From the NCBI GenBank assembly GCA_965249275.1, contig CBDFLQ010000005.1, forward strand, positions 576,001 to 640,000: a stretch of 64,000 nt of DNA, written 5' to 3'. Source of the DNA: Dehalococcoidia bacterium (GTDB lineage Bacteria; Chloroflexota; Dehalococcoidia; Plut-88900). Made by a program: the position numbers and the translations under genes. Of this stretch, positions 1-9,710 are shown piece by piece (position 1 is the first letter of the stretch; every line of letters starts with the position of its first letter). Below the pieces are notes generated by a model. It ran no database searches. It had not been told where the DNA came from and saw only the letters and a program-made list of their open reading frames with translations.

Positions 1-470
1 AGGGCAAGGATGCTGTCGGGATCCATGCGGTCGATGCCGAGCTTTTCATCGGCAATGCCGAGCTCATCAAGAAGGGCCTTGAACTCTTCGGCCCACTCGA
101 GGGTAGCGGCCTGGGTGTAGGTGCCGCACTGCCAGAACTCGAAGGTGCGGATCCAGCGGGTGTCGGCATCATCGCCAACAATGGAAGCTTCGAGGCGGCC
201 CGGTTGTAAGATGATGGGCTTACCCTCCCGGGGCACGAGGACCGACTTGTTCTTGTGGCGGAGCATGAAGCTCTCCATGAGCCGAGTGCCGGAAGCGTAG
301 CGCATGTTGACCGGGTCCCAGAGGAGGATGGCGCCGAGGTCGGCCTTGGCGATCTCGGACTGGAGGCGGGCGATGCGGTCGCGGCGCATACGTTGTACGT
401 CGATGCGCTCCTCAAAGTCGACCACCTGGCGGCCGAGAACGTCTCTTTCGTGAAATTGCTTAGGCGACAT
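1..470 (-). CDS. M24 family metallopeptidase-fold protein, DddP-like (3' end runs off the window)
   Basis: Manual translation from ATG at 470 (MSPKQFHERDVLGRQVVDFEERID...LLWDPVNMRYASG) is clearly paralogous to 510..1757; GGAGG RBS upstream. Confidence 0.8.
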   Translation of the reverse strand, partial: MSPKQFHERDVLGRQVVDFEERIDVQRMRRDRIARLQSEIAKADLGAILLWDPVNMRYASGTRLMESFMLRHKNKSVLVPREGKPIILQPGRLEASIVGDDADTRWIRTFEFWQCGTYTQAATLEWAEEFKALLDELGIADEKLGIDRMDPDSILA

Positions 471-509
471 GATTAGCCTCCGGGGTTCGGGCTTGTGGAA
501 GTCACGCGC

Positions 510-1757
510 TTAGTCCATGAAGCGCCAGTCGAAGGGGGCCTGGGAAAGGATCACGGGCCCGTCCGCCTTGATGAGAAGCTGCTCTTCCAGCTTGACCTGC
601 TGCAATCCGTCCTCCCTGCCGAAGCTGGCCTCCATGCAGATCACCATGTTCTCCTTGATCTCGCCGGAGTAGTTGGAGGGTTCGTCGGGGCGAGGGTCCT
701 TGAAGTAGATGGCGGGCCATTCGTCGGACATGCCTGCGCCGTGGGCCATGAGGGGATAGCGGTTGCGGTTGTACTCGGGGGGGATGGTGGGGGCCTTCTC
801 GGCGACCTCTGCGAAGGATGCGCCGGGGACGAAATAGGGGATGGTGGAGTAGATGTAGTCGTAGGCCCGCTTGTAGGCGTCCATCTGCTCCTCGTTGGGC
901 TGTACATCGCCGCAGAGGTAGGTGCGGGAGATATCGGCGAAATAGCCGAGGGGCCCGGCCATGTCGGTGTCTATGGCTACGAGATCACCGGGCATGACGA
1001 GGCGGTCGGAGGCGTCCCGCTTGATCCAGGGGTTGGTGTTTCCGCCTGCGGTGAGCAGCTTGCCGTCGATGCGCTCGCCGCCCCTGGAGACGTTGTAGTG
1101 CAAGAGGAGGGCGAAGAGGTCGTTCTCGGTGACGCCGGGCTTGATGGCTTCCTTGACCTTGGCGAGGCCGACGTCGGCGATGGCGCAGGACTGGCGGATT
1201 AAGGAGATTTCATCGGGGGTCTTGATGGAGCGGGCGCGGGATAGGGGCTCCAGGCCGTCGGCCAAGGTGAACTCGCGGTCCAGAAGCGCATTGATAGTAA
1301 AAGCGTCGAGTCTATCGATGCCGAGTCGACTGGAAGAGATGCCAAGAGAGTTGAGGGCATCTCTGAGTACCTGGGCCCATCTGAGGGTGTTGTCACGGGT
1401 GTAGTCGCCCGTCATCCAGAATTCGACACCGACGGCCGGCATGACCTCCGCGTCCTGGGAAAAGAGCTGCGCGTGGAGCTCGTTGGAGTCGAAGAAGACG
1501 GGGCGACCCTCCTGAGGGATGAGGGCGTGGGCACCCTTGAAGCGGAGGCCGAAAGTCTCGTTGAGCCGGGATCCGATGGCGTAGCGGATATTGACCGGGT
1601 CGAACAGGAGGAGGGCTTCGAGGTCTGCGGCTGCCATCTCGGACTGGAGTCTTTGGAGCCGGTCCTGGCGGAGGCTCTTGATGTCGACCCTCGATTCGAA
1701 GTCGACTACCTGGGTGCCAACAAGGTCTTTTTCGTGAGTCTGAGCGGGTGGAGTCAA
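510..1757 (-). CDS. M24 (Xaa-Pro peptidase fold) protein, DddP-like
   Basis: FDPVNIRY, TNPW, DTD..G..GYFADISRT, HGAGMSDEWP, VKLEEQ metal-ligand motifs. Confidence 0.8.
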   Translation of the reverse strand: MTPPAQTHEKDLVGTQVVDFESRVDIKSLRQDRLQRLQSEMAAADLEALLLFDPVNIRYAIGSRLNETFGLRFKGAHALIPQEGRPVFFDSNELHAQLFSQDAEVMPAVGVEFWMTGDYTRDNTLRWAQVLRDALNSLGISSSRLGIDRLDAFTINALLDREFTLADGLEPLSRARSIKTPDEISLIRQSCAIADVGLAKVKEAIKPGVTENDLFALLLHYNVSRGGERIDGKLLTAGGNTNPWIKRDASDRLVMPGDLVAIDTDMAGPLGYFADISRTYLCGDVQPNEEQMDAYKRAYDYIYSTIPYFVPGASFAEVAEKAPTIPPEYNRNRYPLMAHGAGMSDEWPAIYFKDPRPDEPSNYSGEIKENMVICMEASFGREDGLQQVKLEEQLLIKADGPVILSQAPFDWRFMD

Positions 1758-2463
1758 GTCGGGCCTCCTTTACGATCGCGCCACAGTCGGGGATGGTGCG
1801 ATTATAGCAGAGAGGGGAGTCCTGCTCAGCCGGGGAAAGATGCAGGAATGGGAGACGGGAAGGGAGAGATGTGCTAGATTTTATTTAAGGGGCTTTAGCC
1901 CTTGCGAACCTGAAAAATCGGAGGCAGAAAGTTGGACATAGACATTGCAACGGTAGATAAACTGTTGACTACTACGAGGACGGTGCGGAAGAGGCTGGAT
2001 TTCGACAGGGAGGTGGAACCGGAGGTGATGGAGCGGTGCATCGAGATTGCGATGCAGGCGCCCACGGGATCCAACCAGCAGCATTGGCATTTCATGGTAG
2101 TCACGGACCCCGAGAAGAGGAAGGTAGTGGGGGACTGCTACAAAAGAGGCTATTACCCCTACCGGGCGATGAGGGACGAAGACCCGCCCAAGTACGAGGC
2201 TGATGATCCCAGGGCGCAACGTGGAGGCCTGATCAGGGACTCGGCGACGCATCTTGCCGAGAATATGCATCGGGCCCCGGCGTTGGTGCTGGCGTGCTGC
2301 GACGGCCGAGTGGAGAACGATGGTGTGACGGCGCAGGCCAGCCTGTACGGTTCGATTTTGCCGGCGGCGTGGTCCCTTATGCTGGCGCTAAGGGCTCGGG
2401 GGCTTGGGGCTGCGTGGACAACGCTTCACCTTCCCAATGAGAAGGAAGTTGCGGAACTTCTAG

Positions 2464-3659
2464 GAAACCTCTGAACAAGTCTAAGGGCATAGGTAATAGG
2501 TAAGATAGGGAGAGTAAGGCCAAAGCTGAGGTGAGATTTGATGGAGCAGCCGACATTTGCAGACTTGGAATACGAGGGCAAGAAGCGAAAGACCCGCCGG
2601 GAGATATTTCTGGAGCGGATGGAGGACCTGGTTCCATGGGGAAAGTTAGAGGAGCGAATCCGGCCCTACTATTCCAGGGCGGGCCGTGGACGGAGGCCCT
2701 ACGAGTTGTCGGTGATGCTGCGGATACACTGCGTGCAGCTGTTCTACAACCTGAGCGATCCGGGCATGGAGGACATGCTCTACGAGGTGGAGTCGGTGAG
2801 GCGGTTCGCAGGTCTGAGGCTGTCCGGCCCCTTGCCTGACGAGACTACGATACTGAACTTCCGCCATCTGCTGGAAGAGCAGGAGTTGGGTCGGGGGCTG
2901 TTCGAGGAGATCAACCGTCATCTGGAGTCTCGGGGACTGAGGCTCAGGGAGGGTACGATTGTGGATGCGAGCATCATCGAGGCGCCGGCGTCTACGAAGA
3001 ACCGTGCTGGAGAGCGAGACCCCGATATGCACCAAGTGAAGAAGGGGAAGGAGTGGCACTTCGGTATGAAAGTGCACATTGGTGCAGACGCTGACACGGG
3101 GGTGGTGCACAGTATGAGTACGACAGCTGCGAACGTGCATGACGTGACGGAGGCGCACCGGCTGCTGCATGGAGGGGAGAGGCGAGTGTGGGGAGATGCG
3201 GGATATCAGGGAGTGGAGAAGCGGGCGGAGAATCGGGATATGGATGTGGAGTGGCGGGTGGCGATGAGACCTGGACGGCGTCGGAAACTGAGGGCGGGGA
3301 GCTGCGAGGCCTTAGCGGAGAAGAGCAAATCATCCATCAGGGCTAAGGTGGAGCATCCGTTCCTGTACGTGAAACGGCACTTCGGCTACGCCAAGGTCCG
3401 CTACAGGGGCTTGTACAAGAACACGCAACGGGTGGCGATGCTGCTGGGGCTGGCCAACTTGGTAAGGGCCGAGCGCCACTTAGCGGTGTGACGGAGGAGC
3501 AGTGTGGTCAAATCCGGGTCGATGGTGACTGGATGCCCTGACAGGCCAGAACATAGGATGCAAATAAGCCACCGAGACGCAACATTACGACCCAACCTCT
3601 CCCCAAAACTCCATGCAAGACAACCTAAGCTGGTTTACAGTGAGTTGTTCAGAGCTTCC
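2464..3659 (+). mobile_element. IS5-family insertion sequence, 1196 bp
   Basis: Terminal inverted repeats 2464-2481 (gaaacctctgaacaagtc) and 3642-3659 match 15/18; CTAG target duplication at 2460-2463 and 3660-3663. Confidence 0.95.
2538..3491 (+). CDS. IS5 family DDE transposase
   Basis: KKRKTRREIFL, PDETTILNFRHLLE, IVDASII, HFGMKVHIG, GDAGY, IRAKVEHPF motifs. Confidence 0.95.
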   Translation: MMEQPTFADLEYEGKKRKTRREIFLERMEDLVPWGKLEERIRPYYSRAGRGRRPYELSVMLRIHCVQLFYNLSDPGMEDMLYEVESVRRFAGLRLSGPLPDETTILNFRHLLEEQELGRGLFEEINRHLESRGLRLREGTIVDASIIEAPASTKNRAGERDPDMHQVKKGKEWHFGMKVHIGADADTGVVHSMSTTAANVHDVTEAHRLLHGGERRVWGDAGYQGVEKRAENRDMDVEWRVAMRPGRRRKLRAGSCEALAEKSKSSIRAKVEHPFLYVKRHFGYAKVRYRGLYKNTQRVAMLLGLANLVRAERHLAV

Positions 3660-3842
3660 CTAGGTATTCCGGAAAACGTGACTCAGGCTGCGCTTCTCCC
3701 TGTGGCGTACTACACGGGTGAAGACTTCAGGCCCGCCAAGCGGTTGCCAGCCCGGAAGATGATCTACTGGAACGAGTGGGGAGCTACCCGATAGGGAATA
3801 TTTAAATGATTGCACTACACGGAATCTTTGAAGAACTGCACC

Positions 3843-3873
3843 TTGAATTACTATACCGACTTGGGTATAGTAA
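3843..3873 (+). promoter_or_regulatory. Sigma70 promoter overlapped by a 10-6-10 palindromic operator
   Basis: TTGAAT-17-TATAGT; perfect inverted repeat ttactatacc (3848-3857) / ggtatagtaa (3864-3873). Confidence 0.7.
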
Positions 3874-3879
3874 CCCCAC

Positions 3880-4191
3880 ATGGAGCCAACAGCCCAACGG
3901 TTCATAGACGCTCAGGGCTGCGACATCTGGCTGACGGATGAGAGACTTCGCCACATGTTGCGGAGACACCCAGAAATGGCCTTCCAGCTTCGGCATATCG
4001 AAGAGACATTGGAGAGGCCGGATGCGATAAGGGAGTCGAAGTCTGATCAGTCGGTGACCCTCTATTACCGACTCTATGATGATCGGCAAGGTAGAGAGAG
4101 GCATCTCTGCTTGGTTGTGAAACGAGATGAGGACCGTTCCTTCATCCTGACGGGATACCTGACCCGGAGAATTAGTGGAGACCGACAATGA
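3880..4191 (+). CDS. Putative BECR/RelE-like ribonuclease toxin
   Basis: 103 aa; ERLRHMLRRHPEM, TLERPDAI, LVVK...FILTGY pattern; ATGA overlap with the downstream DUF2283 gene. Confidence 0.6.
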   Translation: MEPTAQRFIDAQGCDIWLTDERLRHMLRRHPEMAFQLRHIEETLERPDAIRESKSDQSVTLYYRLYDDRQGRERHLCLVVKRDEDRSFILTGYLTRRISGDRQ

Positions 4192-4601
4192 CGGACAAGA
4201 AAGTATCGATCTGGTACGACAATCAGGGTGACATGCTGGAGGTGATGTGGGCATTCAGGGAAGGCTACTTTACGCCTACGGAGGATGACCGTATTCTCAA
4301 ACGAGTTGACGAAAGTGGCGAAGTCATTGGGTTTCTGATACACGAAGTGAGCACACTGAAGCAGCCAAGACCCTTGGAGTTCGAATTGGCGTCGGAGCCA
4401 AATGAGAGCGAGATAGGGGGTGTCACGGTTAGCCAGGCCGCAACTGAGCTAGGGGTTTCCGAGCGTAGGGTGCGACAGTTGGCTAGGGCTGGGAGAGTCC
4501 GGGGCGCTGTGAAACTGGGACAGGGTTGGTTGATACCGAAACCCGTCCGCGTGGCTCCCGGGGCCCGAGGGCCGGTTGGGGTGGCTAGGCATCGAGTTTA
4601 G
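4188..4601 (+). CDS. DUF2283-like antitoxin fused to a C-terminal HTH (excisionase/MerR-like)
   Basis: IWYDNQGDMLEV...RVDESGEVIGFLI followed by TVSQAATELGVSERRVRQLARAGRV..AVKLG..WLIP. Confidence 0.7.
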   Translation: MTDKKVSIWYDNQGDMLEVMWAFREGYFTPTEDDRILKRVDESGEVIGFLIHEVSTLKQPRPLEFELASEPNESEIGGVTVSQAATELGVSERRVRQLARAGRVRGAVKLGQGWLIPKPVRVAPGARGPVGVARHRV

Positions 4602-4756
4602 GCATTGTCTTGGTCTGTACCTCACCTTGATGTACTTGGTATTTGCTAGTGTGTGGGCTGACCGGCGTTTGGCTTGACCCGGTGCTAAGAGGGCTCCACA
4701 TCTCAACTTTCTACGAATGAACCCCGCAACCATCAAAAACAGGGAGGAGTCGTGAC

Positions 4757-5503
4757 ATGGCGGAATTTTTTGGGACCCTAGAACGCATCGCAGCTGACCT
4801 ATATCCGTGGCGTTGGCCTATCCTGGCCGCGATTCTTGTGATAGGTGCAGCGGCGACGTACTACTCCTACCGACGCGAGCTGCACCTGGCTGTGTGGCGG
4901 CGGAGGCGGCTGGCAGCGATCATTGCGACACCGTTGCTGATAGTGTTCGGATTCCTGGCATGGGGCCTGGGGTCGCCTCTGTTCATCGACGAGACGGTGG
5001 AAGAGGAGTTCCCGTTCGCTTACACGGCGGTCGTGCCTGCTGACATGGAAATGGAAGACATAGAGATGACGATGGCCGTGGTAGCGGCCATGGATGACGA
5101 GCCGATGATGGAAGCGATGCCCGAGATGATGATGGCAGAGGAGGAGAGCAGCGAGGCTGTAAAGCTGAAGGAGGGCAACTTCCGGGACGCCGACAGCCTT
5201 CACCGAGGAAGCGGCAAGGCGATCATATACGAGGCCCCGGATGGCAGCCATCTGCTCAGGCTCGAGGACTTGAACGTAACCAATGGGCCCAGACTCCACG
5301 TTCTACTTGCGGTCCACGAGGACCCCATGAGGGTTAGCGACATCAAAGACAACGGCTACCACGACCTGGGCAGGCTGAAAGGGAACATCGGCAACCAGAA
5401 CTACCCGGTGCCCGCCGGCGTAAACGTTAATGCGCAGATGAGCGTCATTATCTATTGCAAACCCTTCTCGGTGATATTCAGTGTTGCGCCGCTCATGAAC
5501 TGA
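4757..5503 (+). CDS. Membrane-anchored DM13 domain protein
   Basis: Two N-terminal TM helices; HRGSG.A, LRLE, NGP.L.V.L, LG.LKGNIGNQNY, VIIYC..FSV.F. Confidence 0.85.
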   Translation: MAEFFGTLERIAADLYPWRWPILAAILVIGAAATYYSYRRELHLAVWRRRRLAAIIATPLLIVFGFLAWGLGSPLFIDETVEEEFPFAYTAVVPADMEMEDIEMTMAVVAAMDDEPMMEAMPEMMMAEEESSEAVKLKEGNFRDADSLHRGSGKAIIYEAPDGSHLLRLEDLNVTNGPRLHVLLAVHEDPMRVSDIKDNGYHDLGRLKGNIGNQNYPVPAGVNVNAQMSVIIYCKPFSVIFSVAPLMN

Positions 5504-5575
5504 TTCTAGGGCCTGTGCGCGTGGGGGATCTTGTTTGGGTGGGACTGGTATTGTGCTGGGGTTGGGACACGTACA

Positions 5576-5908
5576 GTGAATGATGCGAGAAAGAAGTTAA
5601 CTGCTATTCGTCCGGGGGAAATCCTGAATGAGGAATTCCTCTTGCCGATGAATATCAGCCAGTATCGCCTGGCGAAGAGTATTGGCGTGGACCCGAGGCG
5701 GATTCATGCGATCGTTCACGGCGAGCGTTCCATAACTGCCGAGACCGCTCTCCTGCTTTCGCGCTTCTTTGGGAACTCCAGGGAGTTCTGGATGGGGATC
5801 CAGAGCCAGTATGACCTGGATATGGCTGAGGACCGTTTAGGCGACAGGCTGGCTTCCATCGCAGAGCACGCATCTTCCTATTCAACTCAGGAAGAACCTG
5901 TCGACTAG
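5576..5908 (+). CDS. higA: HigA family antitoxin (orphan)
   Basis: PGEILNEEFLLPMNISQYRLAK...ITAETALLLSRFFG.S.EFW..Q..YDL. Confidence 0.85.
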   Translation: MNDARKKLTAIRPGEILNEEFLLPMNISQYRLAKSIGVDPRRIHAIVHGERSITAETALLLSRFFGNSREFWMGIQSQYDLDMAEDRLGDRLASIAEHASSYSTQEEPVD

Positions 5909-5970
5909 GGAATGAAGAACACCCATAAGGCGAGGCAAGCCGGGGGTTTTGGCTTTATAATGCCTGCCGT

Positions 5971-6046
5971 GCCCCTGTAGCTCAGAGGATAGAGCAACGG
6001 TTTCCTAAACCGTGTGTCGGGTGTTCGAGTCACCCCAGGGGCACCA
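5971..6046 (+). tRNA. tRNA-Arg(CCT)
   Basis: Cloverleaf gcccctg/caggggc, anticodon loop ttCCTaa, GTTCGA T-loop, encoded CCA; TATAAT at 5956-5961. Confidence 0.97.
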
Positions 6047-6095
6047 TTTCATAAAGAACACTCGGCTTTTTAGTTAGGTTATCTTCGCATCAATC

Positions 6096-6122
6096 AAGGG
6101 CGCGTCTTCGGGCGCGCCCTTG
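6096..6122. terminator. GC-rich hairpin downstream of tRNA-Arg
   Basis: caagggcgcgtc-TTCG-ggcgcgcccttg; no clear U-tract. Confidence 0.45.
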
Positions 6123-6187
6123 CGCATACGGGTGGTATCATGTCCAATAATCTCGACAAACAAAGGCACCTGCAAGGAGGGCCCGCA

Positions 6188-7327
6188 ATGAAGTTCGTGG
6201 ACATAGACGGCCACATCCTGGAACCCCCCGACCTGTGGACGGAGAACCTGGAGCCGGAGTATCGGGGCCGGGCGATGCAGTTCAAGAAGGACGAGGAAGG
6301 GCTGGACTATTGGGTCATCGACGGGCAGGTGCACGGAAAGCTGGTGAAGTCCACGTCGGCGAACCTGGCGACCATCGGGAAGAGTGCGGAGTGGCGTAAA
6401 GAGCATATTTTTGAGAAGCACGACGTGAGCTACGACGACGGCCGGGCCATGGCGCCCGGGGCGTGCGACCCGGGCGAGCGGGTAAAGCTCATGGACGAGG
6501 AAGGGATCGACGCTTCATTCCTGTTTCCGTCCCTGGGGCTGTCCTGGATGGGTACCACGGAAGACCCTGGGCTGGCGGCGGCTTATTGCCGCGTCTATAA
6601 CGATTGGATAATCGATTTCTGCAACGCCCAACCCGGAAGGCTGTACCCGTGCGTTCTGCTGCCCTGGACCAACGTGGGGGAGAGTGTGAAGGAGCTCAAG
6701 AGGACGTCGGGGCAGGGGTCCCGGGCGGTGATGGTGCCTTCGTTGCCGCCGGGGAACGTGGCCTACGGACGGAGTTACTGGGACCCCCTGTGGGCCGAGT
6801 TCCAGGAGCAGGGAGTGCCCTTGAGTCTGCATCCATCCTCCGGGGGGACGAGCGGGGGGAACCTTCTGTATCCCGAGTTCAGGATGCCCAGCTGGTGGAC
6901 CTTCGCGACCAACGGTGTGGACCTGCCGCTGGGGTATATGAGCTTCTTCCAGGAATCGGCGTTCGACCGATTTCCTGAGTTGAAGGTGTTGGTATTGGAG
7001 TCGGGGTGCGGGTGGATGCCGTGGTTGCTGCAACGGATGGACGAGAAGTTCGAAGTGCTGGGATTTACGACGGCCATGTCGGAGAAGCCCAGCTACTATT
7101 TCTACCGGCAGGGATGGATAGACATGGACCCGGACGATGAGATCGGGGCGGTGATAATCGGGCTGCTGGGAGCTAACAAGGTGATGTGGGCGTATGACTA
7201 TCCGCACTCGGACTCTCCGCTGGACCCGGTGATCAACCTGAAGAAGACGCTGTCGGCGCTGCCGGAGGAGGACCAGAGGAAGGTGGCAGGGGAGAATGCG
7301 ATAGGGTTGTACAATCTGGCGTTGTAG
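6188..7327 (+). CDS. Amidohydrolase_2 family protein
   Basis: DIDGHILEP, MDEEGID, YWDPLW, LESGCGW.P, DYPHSD; AGGAGG RBS. Confidence 0.9.
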   Translation: MKFVDIDGHILEPPDLWTENLEPEYRGRAMQFKKDEEGLDYWVIDGQVHGKLVKSTSANLATIGKSAEWRKEHIFEKHDVSYDDGRAMAPGACDPGERVKLMDEEGIDASFLFPSLGLSWMGTTEDPGLAAAYCRVYNDWIIDFCNAQPGRLYPCVLLPWTNVGESVKELKRTSGQGSRAVMVPSLPPGNVAYGRSYWDPLWAEFQEQGVPLSLHPSSGGTSGGNLLYPEFRMPSWWTFATNGVDLPLGYMSFFQESAFDRFPELKVLVLESGCGWMPWLLQRMDEKFEVLGFTTAMSEKPSYYFYRQGWIDMDPDDEIGAVIIGLLGANKVMWAYDYPHSDSPLDPVINLKKTLSALPEEDQRKVAGENAIGLYNLAL

Positions 7328-7462
7328 GAAGTGACCCCCTCGCCCCACCCAAAGATATCTATTTACCACAAGGGGACATCCCATCTCTCCTGCCCAAAAG
7401 AACTGAAGGGCTAACAGCCCCTGTGCGTTTTCTGATCTATCCTGATCAAGGAAGATAGTGAT

Positions 7463-8449
7463 TTAGTAGAGGTGGCAGGCGACGGAGTGGCCCTGGGTGG
7501 TCTTCTTTAGGACGGGGGTGATTTCCCGGCAGACGTCCATGGCGAAGGGGCAGCGAGGATGGAAGGAGCAGCCCTTGGGAGGATCGATGGGGCTGGGGAC
7601 GTCGCCGGTGAGGATAATGCGCTCGCGGGAGGCCTCGACTACGGGGTCGGGGATGGGGACGGCAGATAGAAGTGCTCGGGTGTAGGGGTGTTTTGGGTCT
7701 CGGTAGAGTTCGTCCCTGCCGGTAATCTCGACGATCTTGCCCAGGTACATGACCGCGACCCGGTCCGAGATGTGCCTCACGACGGACAGGTCGTGGGCGA
7801 TGAAGAGATAGGTGAGGTCGAAGCGTTCCTGGAGAGAGCGGAGCAGGTTGATGACCTGGGCCTGGATGGAAACGTCGAGGGCGGAAACGGGCTCGTCGCA
7901 GACGATGAAGGTCGGGTTAACGGCAAGGGCTCGTGCGATGCCGATCCTCTGGCGCTGGCCTCCGCTGAACTCGTAGGGGTAGCGGTCCATCATGTTGGGA
8001 TTGAGGCCCACAACCTCGAACAGCTCCTGCACCCTGTTCTTTCGCTCGTTGCGGTCGCCAATCTTGTGGATGATGAGAGGCTCTTCGACTATGGCGCCGA
8101 CGGTCATGCGGGGATTTAGTGAGCCGTAAGGGTCCTGGAAGATGACCTGAAGCTCTTTCCTGAGGGGACGCATTTCCTTGCCGGAGAGCTGGGTAAGGTC
8201 CTCGCCCCGGAAGCGGACTTCACCGCCGGTGGGCTTGAGGAGCTGGAGAATGCACCTGCCGATTGTGGTCTTGCCGCAACCGCTTTCGCCGACGAGGCCG
8301 AGAGTCTCGCCGCGCATGATCTGGAAGGATACGCCGTCGACTGCCTTGATTTCGCCCACCCTGGACTGGAATATGACGCCCTTGCTTACGGGAAAGTGCA
8401 TCTGCAGGCCACGGACGTCGAGGAGGACGTAGGGGTCGGGTATCATCAT
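7463..8449 (-). CDS. Oligopeptide/dipeptide ABC transporter ATP-binding protein (OppF/DppF-like)
   Basis: [27 protein letters not shown]-terminal GCSFHPRC; ATGA overlap with upstream gene. Confidence 0.93.
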   Translation of the reverse strand: MMIPDPYVLLDVRGLQMHFPVSKGVIFQSRVGEIKAVDGVSFQIMRGETLGLVGESGCGKTTIGRCILQLLKPTGGEVRFRGEDLTQLSGKEMRPLRKELQVIFQDPYGSLNPRMTVGAIVEEPLIIHKIGDRNERKNRVQELFEVVGLNPNMMDRYPYEFSGGQRQRIGIARALAVNPTFIVCDEPVSALDVSIQAQVINLLRSLQERFDLTYLFIAHDLSVVRHISDRVAVMYLGKIVEITGRDELYRDPKHPYTRALLSAVPIPDPVVEASRERIILTGDVPSPIDPPKGCSFHPRCPFAMDVCREITPVLKKTTQGHSVACHLY

Positions 8450-9441
8450 GAGACGGGCTCCGGGGTGCGACGGGTGACGTCTACGAGGCATGCTGCGGAG
8501 TGTCCGGGCCGCTTTAGTTCCAGGAGCGGGTCAGTGTGAGAGCAAGCGTCGATGGCAAAGGCACACCGGGGTCGGAATGAGCATCCCGCAGGTCGGTGGG
8601 CGAGGTCGGGGGGTGCGCCCTCGATGGGAACGAGTTGTTCCCTGATGGACTCGTCGAGGCGGGGGACGGAGGCGAGGAGGCCGAGGGTATAGGGGTGGCG
8701 GGGAGTCCCGTAGACGTTGTGAGCGGAAGAACTTTCGACGATTCTGCCGGCGTACATGACGTTGACGGAATCGGCGTAACGGGCCACGACGCCGAGATTG
8801 TGCGTGATGATGACAACCGCGGTGCCGCGCTCCTTGGAGAGCCGGCTGATGAGCTCGAGGAGCTGGGCCTGGATGGTGACGTCGACGGCTGTGGTGGGCT
8901 CGTCGGCAAGGAGCACTTTAGGCTCGCAGCTGAGGGCCATGGCGACCATGACGCGTTGCCTCATGCCACCGCTCATTCGGTGGGGGTAATCGTCGAGCCT
9001 GCGTCCGGGGTCGGCTAAACCGACCTCTTCGAGGAGCTCGCCGGCTCGGGTGTTGGCGGCTCTTCCGGAGAGGCCGAGGTGCATTTCGAGGGCCTCGGTC
9101 AGTTGACGGCCAATGGTGAGGACTGGGTTGAGGGAGGTCATGGGCTCCTGGAAGATAATGGCGATGTCCTTGCCGCGCCGGCGTCTCATCTGGTCGTTGC
9201 TGAGCTTGAGCAGGTCTTGGCCGTCGAGAAGGACCTCACCTTCGACGATCTCGCCCGGGGGTGAAGGGATGAGGCGCATCAGGGAGAGAGCGCTGACGGT
9301 CTTGCCGCACCCGCTCTCGCCGACAAGGCCCATTGTTTCCCCGGCTCGGAGAGAGTAGGAGATGCCGTCGACGGCCTTGACCACACCGTCCTCGGTGTAG
9401 AAGTAAGTCTTTAGGTTTTTGACCTGTAGGAGCGGTGGCAT
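8446..9441 (-). CDS. Oligopeptide/dipeptide ABC transporter ATP-binding protein (OppD/DppD-like)
   Basis: [36 protein letters not shown]. Confidence 0.93.
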   Translation of the reverse strand: MPPLLQVKNLKTYFYTEDGVVKAVDGISYSLRAGETMGLVGESGCGKTVSALSLMRLIPSPPGEIVEGEVLLDGQDLLKLSNDQMRRRRGKDIAIIFQEPMTSLNPVLTIGRQLTEALEMHLGLSGRAANTRAGELLEEVGLADPGRRLDDYPHRMSGGMRQRVMVAMALSCEPKVLLADEPTTAVDVTIQAQLLELISRLSKERGTAVVIITHNLGVVARYADSVNVMYAGRIVESSSAHNVYGTPRHPYTLGLLASVPRLDESIREQLVPIEGAPPDLAHRPAGCSFRPRCAFAIDACSHTDPLLELKRPGHSAACLVDVTRRTPEPVS

Positions 9442-9710
9442 GGATTGTTATTCGCGGCGGGGGACTCGGGGTGGGTTGGGATGCCGTTACTTACCAGTTT
9501 ACCAGTGCACGGGGCAGTATAGGCAAGCGGGCGGAGAGATTAAGGTTCGGGCGGTCGCCAAGGGGTAAAGGGCGGGACTTTCTCACTGAGGTTTAGTTCG
9601 GAGCTCGATCCAATAAGGCCGATCTACTGTAATCGGGTAGATGCCAGATCCGTGGCACTGGGTGTGGCGAGTGGAATAACTGGGGTCGAAAACCTGAATT
9701 CTCACCAACC

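Larger units (their letters stand above)
1932..3794 (+). pseudogene. Nitroreductase family protein interrupted by IS5
   Basis: N-part TTRTVRK/APTGSNQQ/ARGLGAAWTTLH ends at ...AELL; removing the IS plus one CTAG restores the frame into GIPENVTQAALLPVAY...WNEW (3660-3794). Confidence 0.9.

Noticed and set aside
1888-1903. Similarity of aggggctttagccctt to the reverse complement of 7406-7422
   Set aside because: Too short and only two copies; cannot be separated from chance hairpins
5971-6046. Integrative element at tRNA-Arg, tRNA-Asp or tRNA-Pro
   Set aside because: No integrase and no duplicated tRNA 3' end noticed in the window
9491-9506. Direct repeat ttaccagt x2 upstream of the ABC ATPase genes
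   Set aside because: Could be an operator but is a single short instance with no regulator nearby
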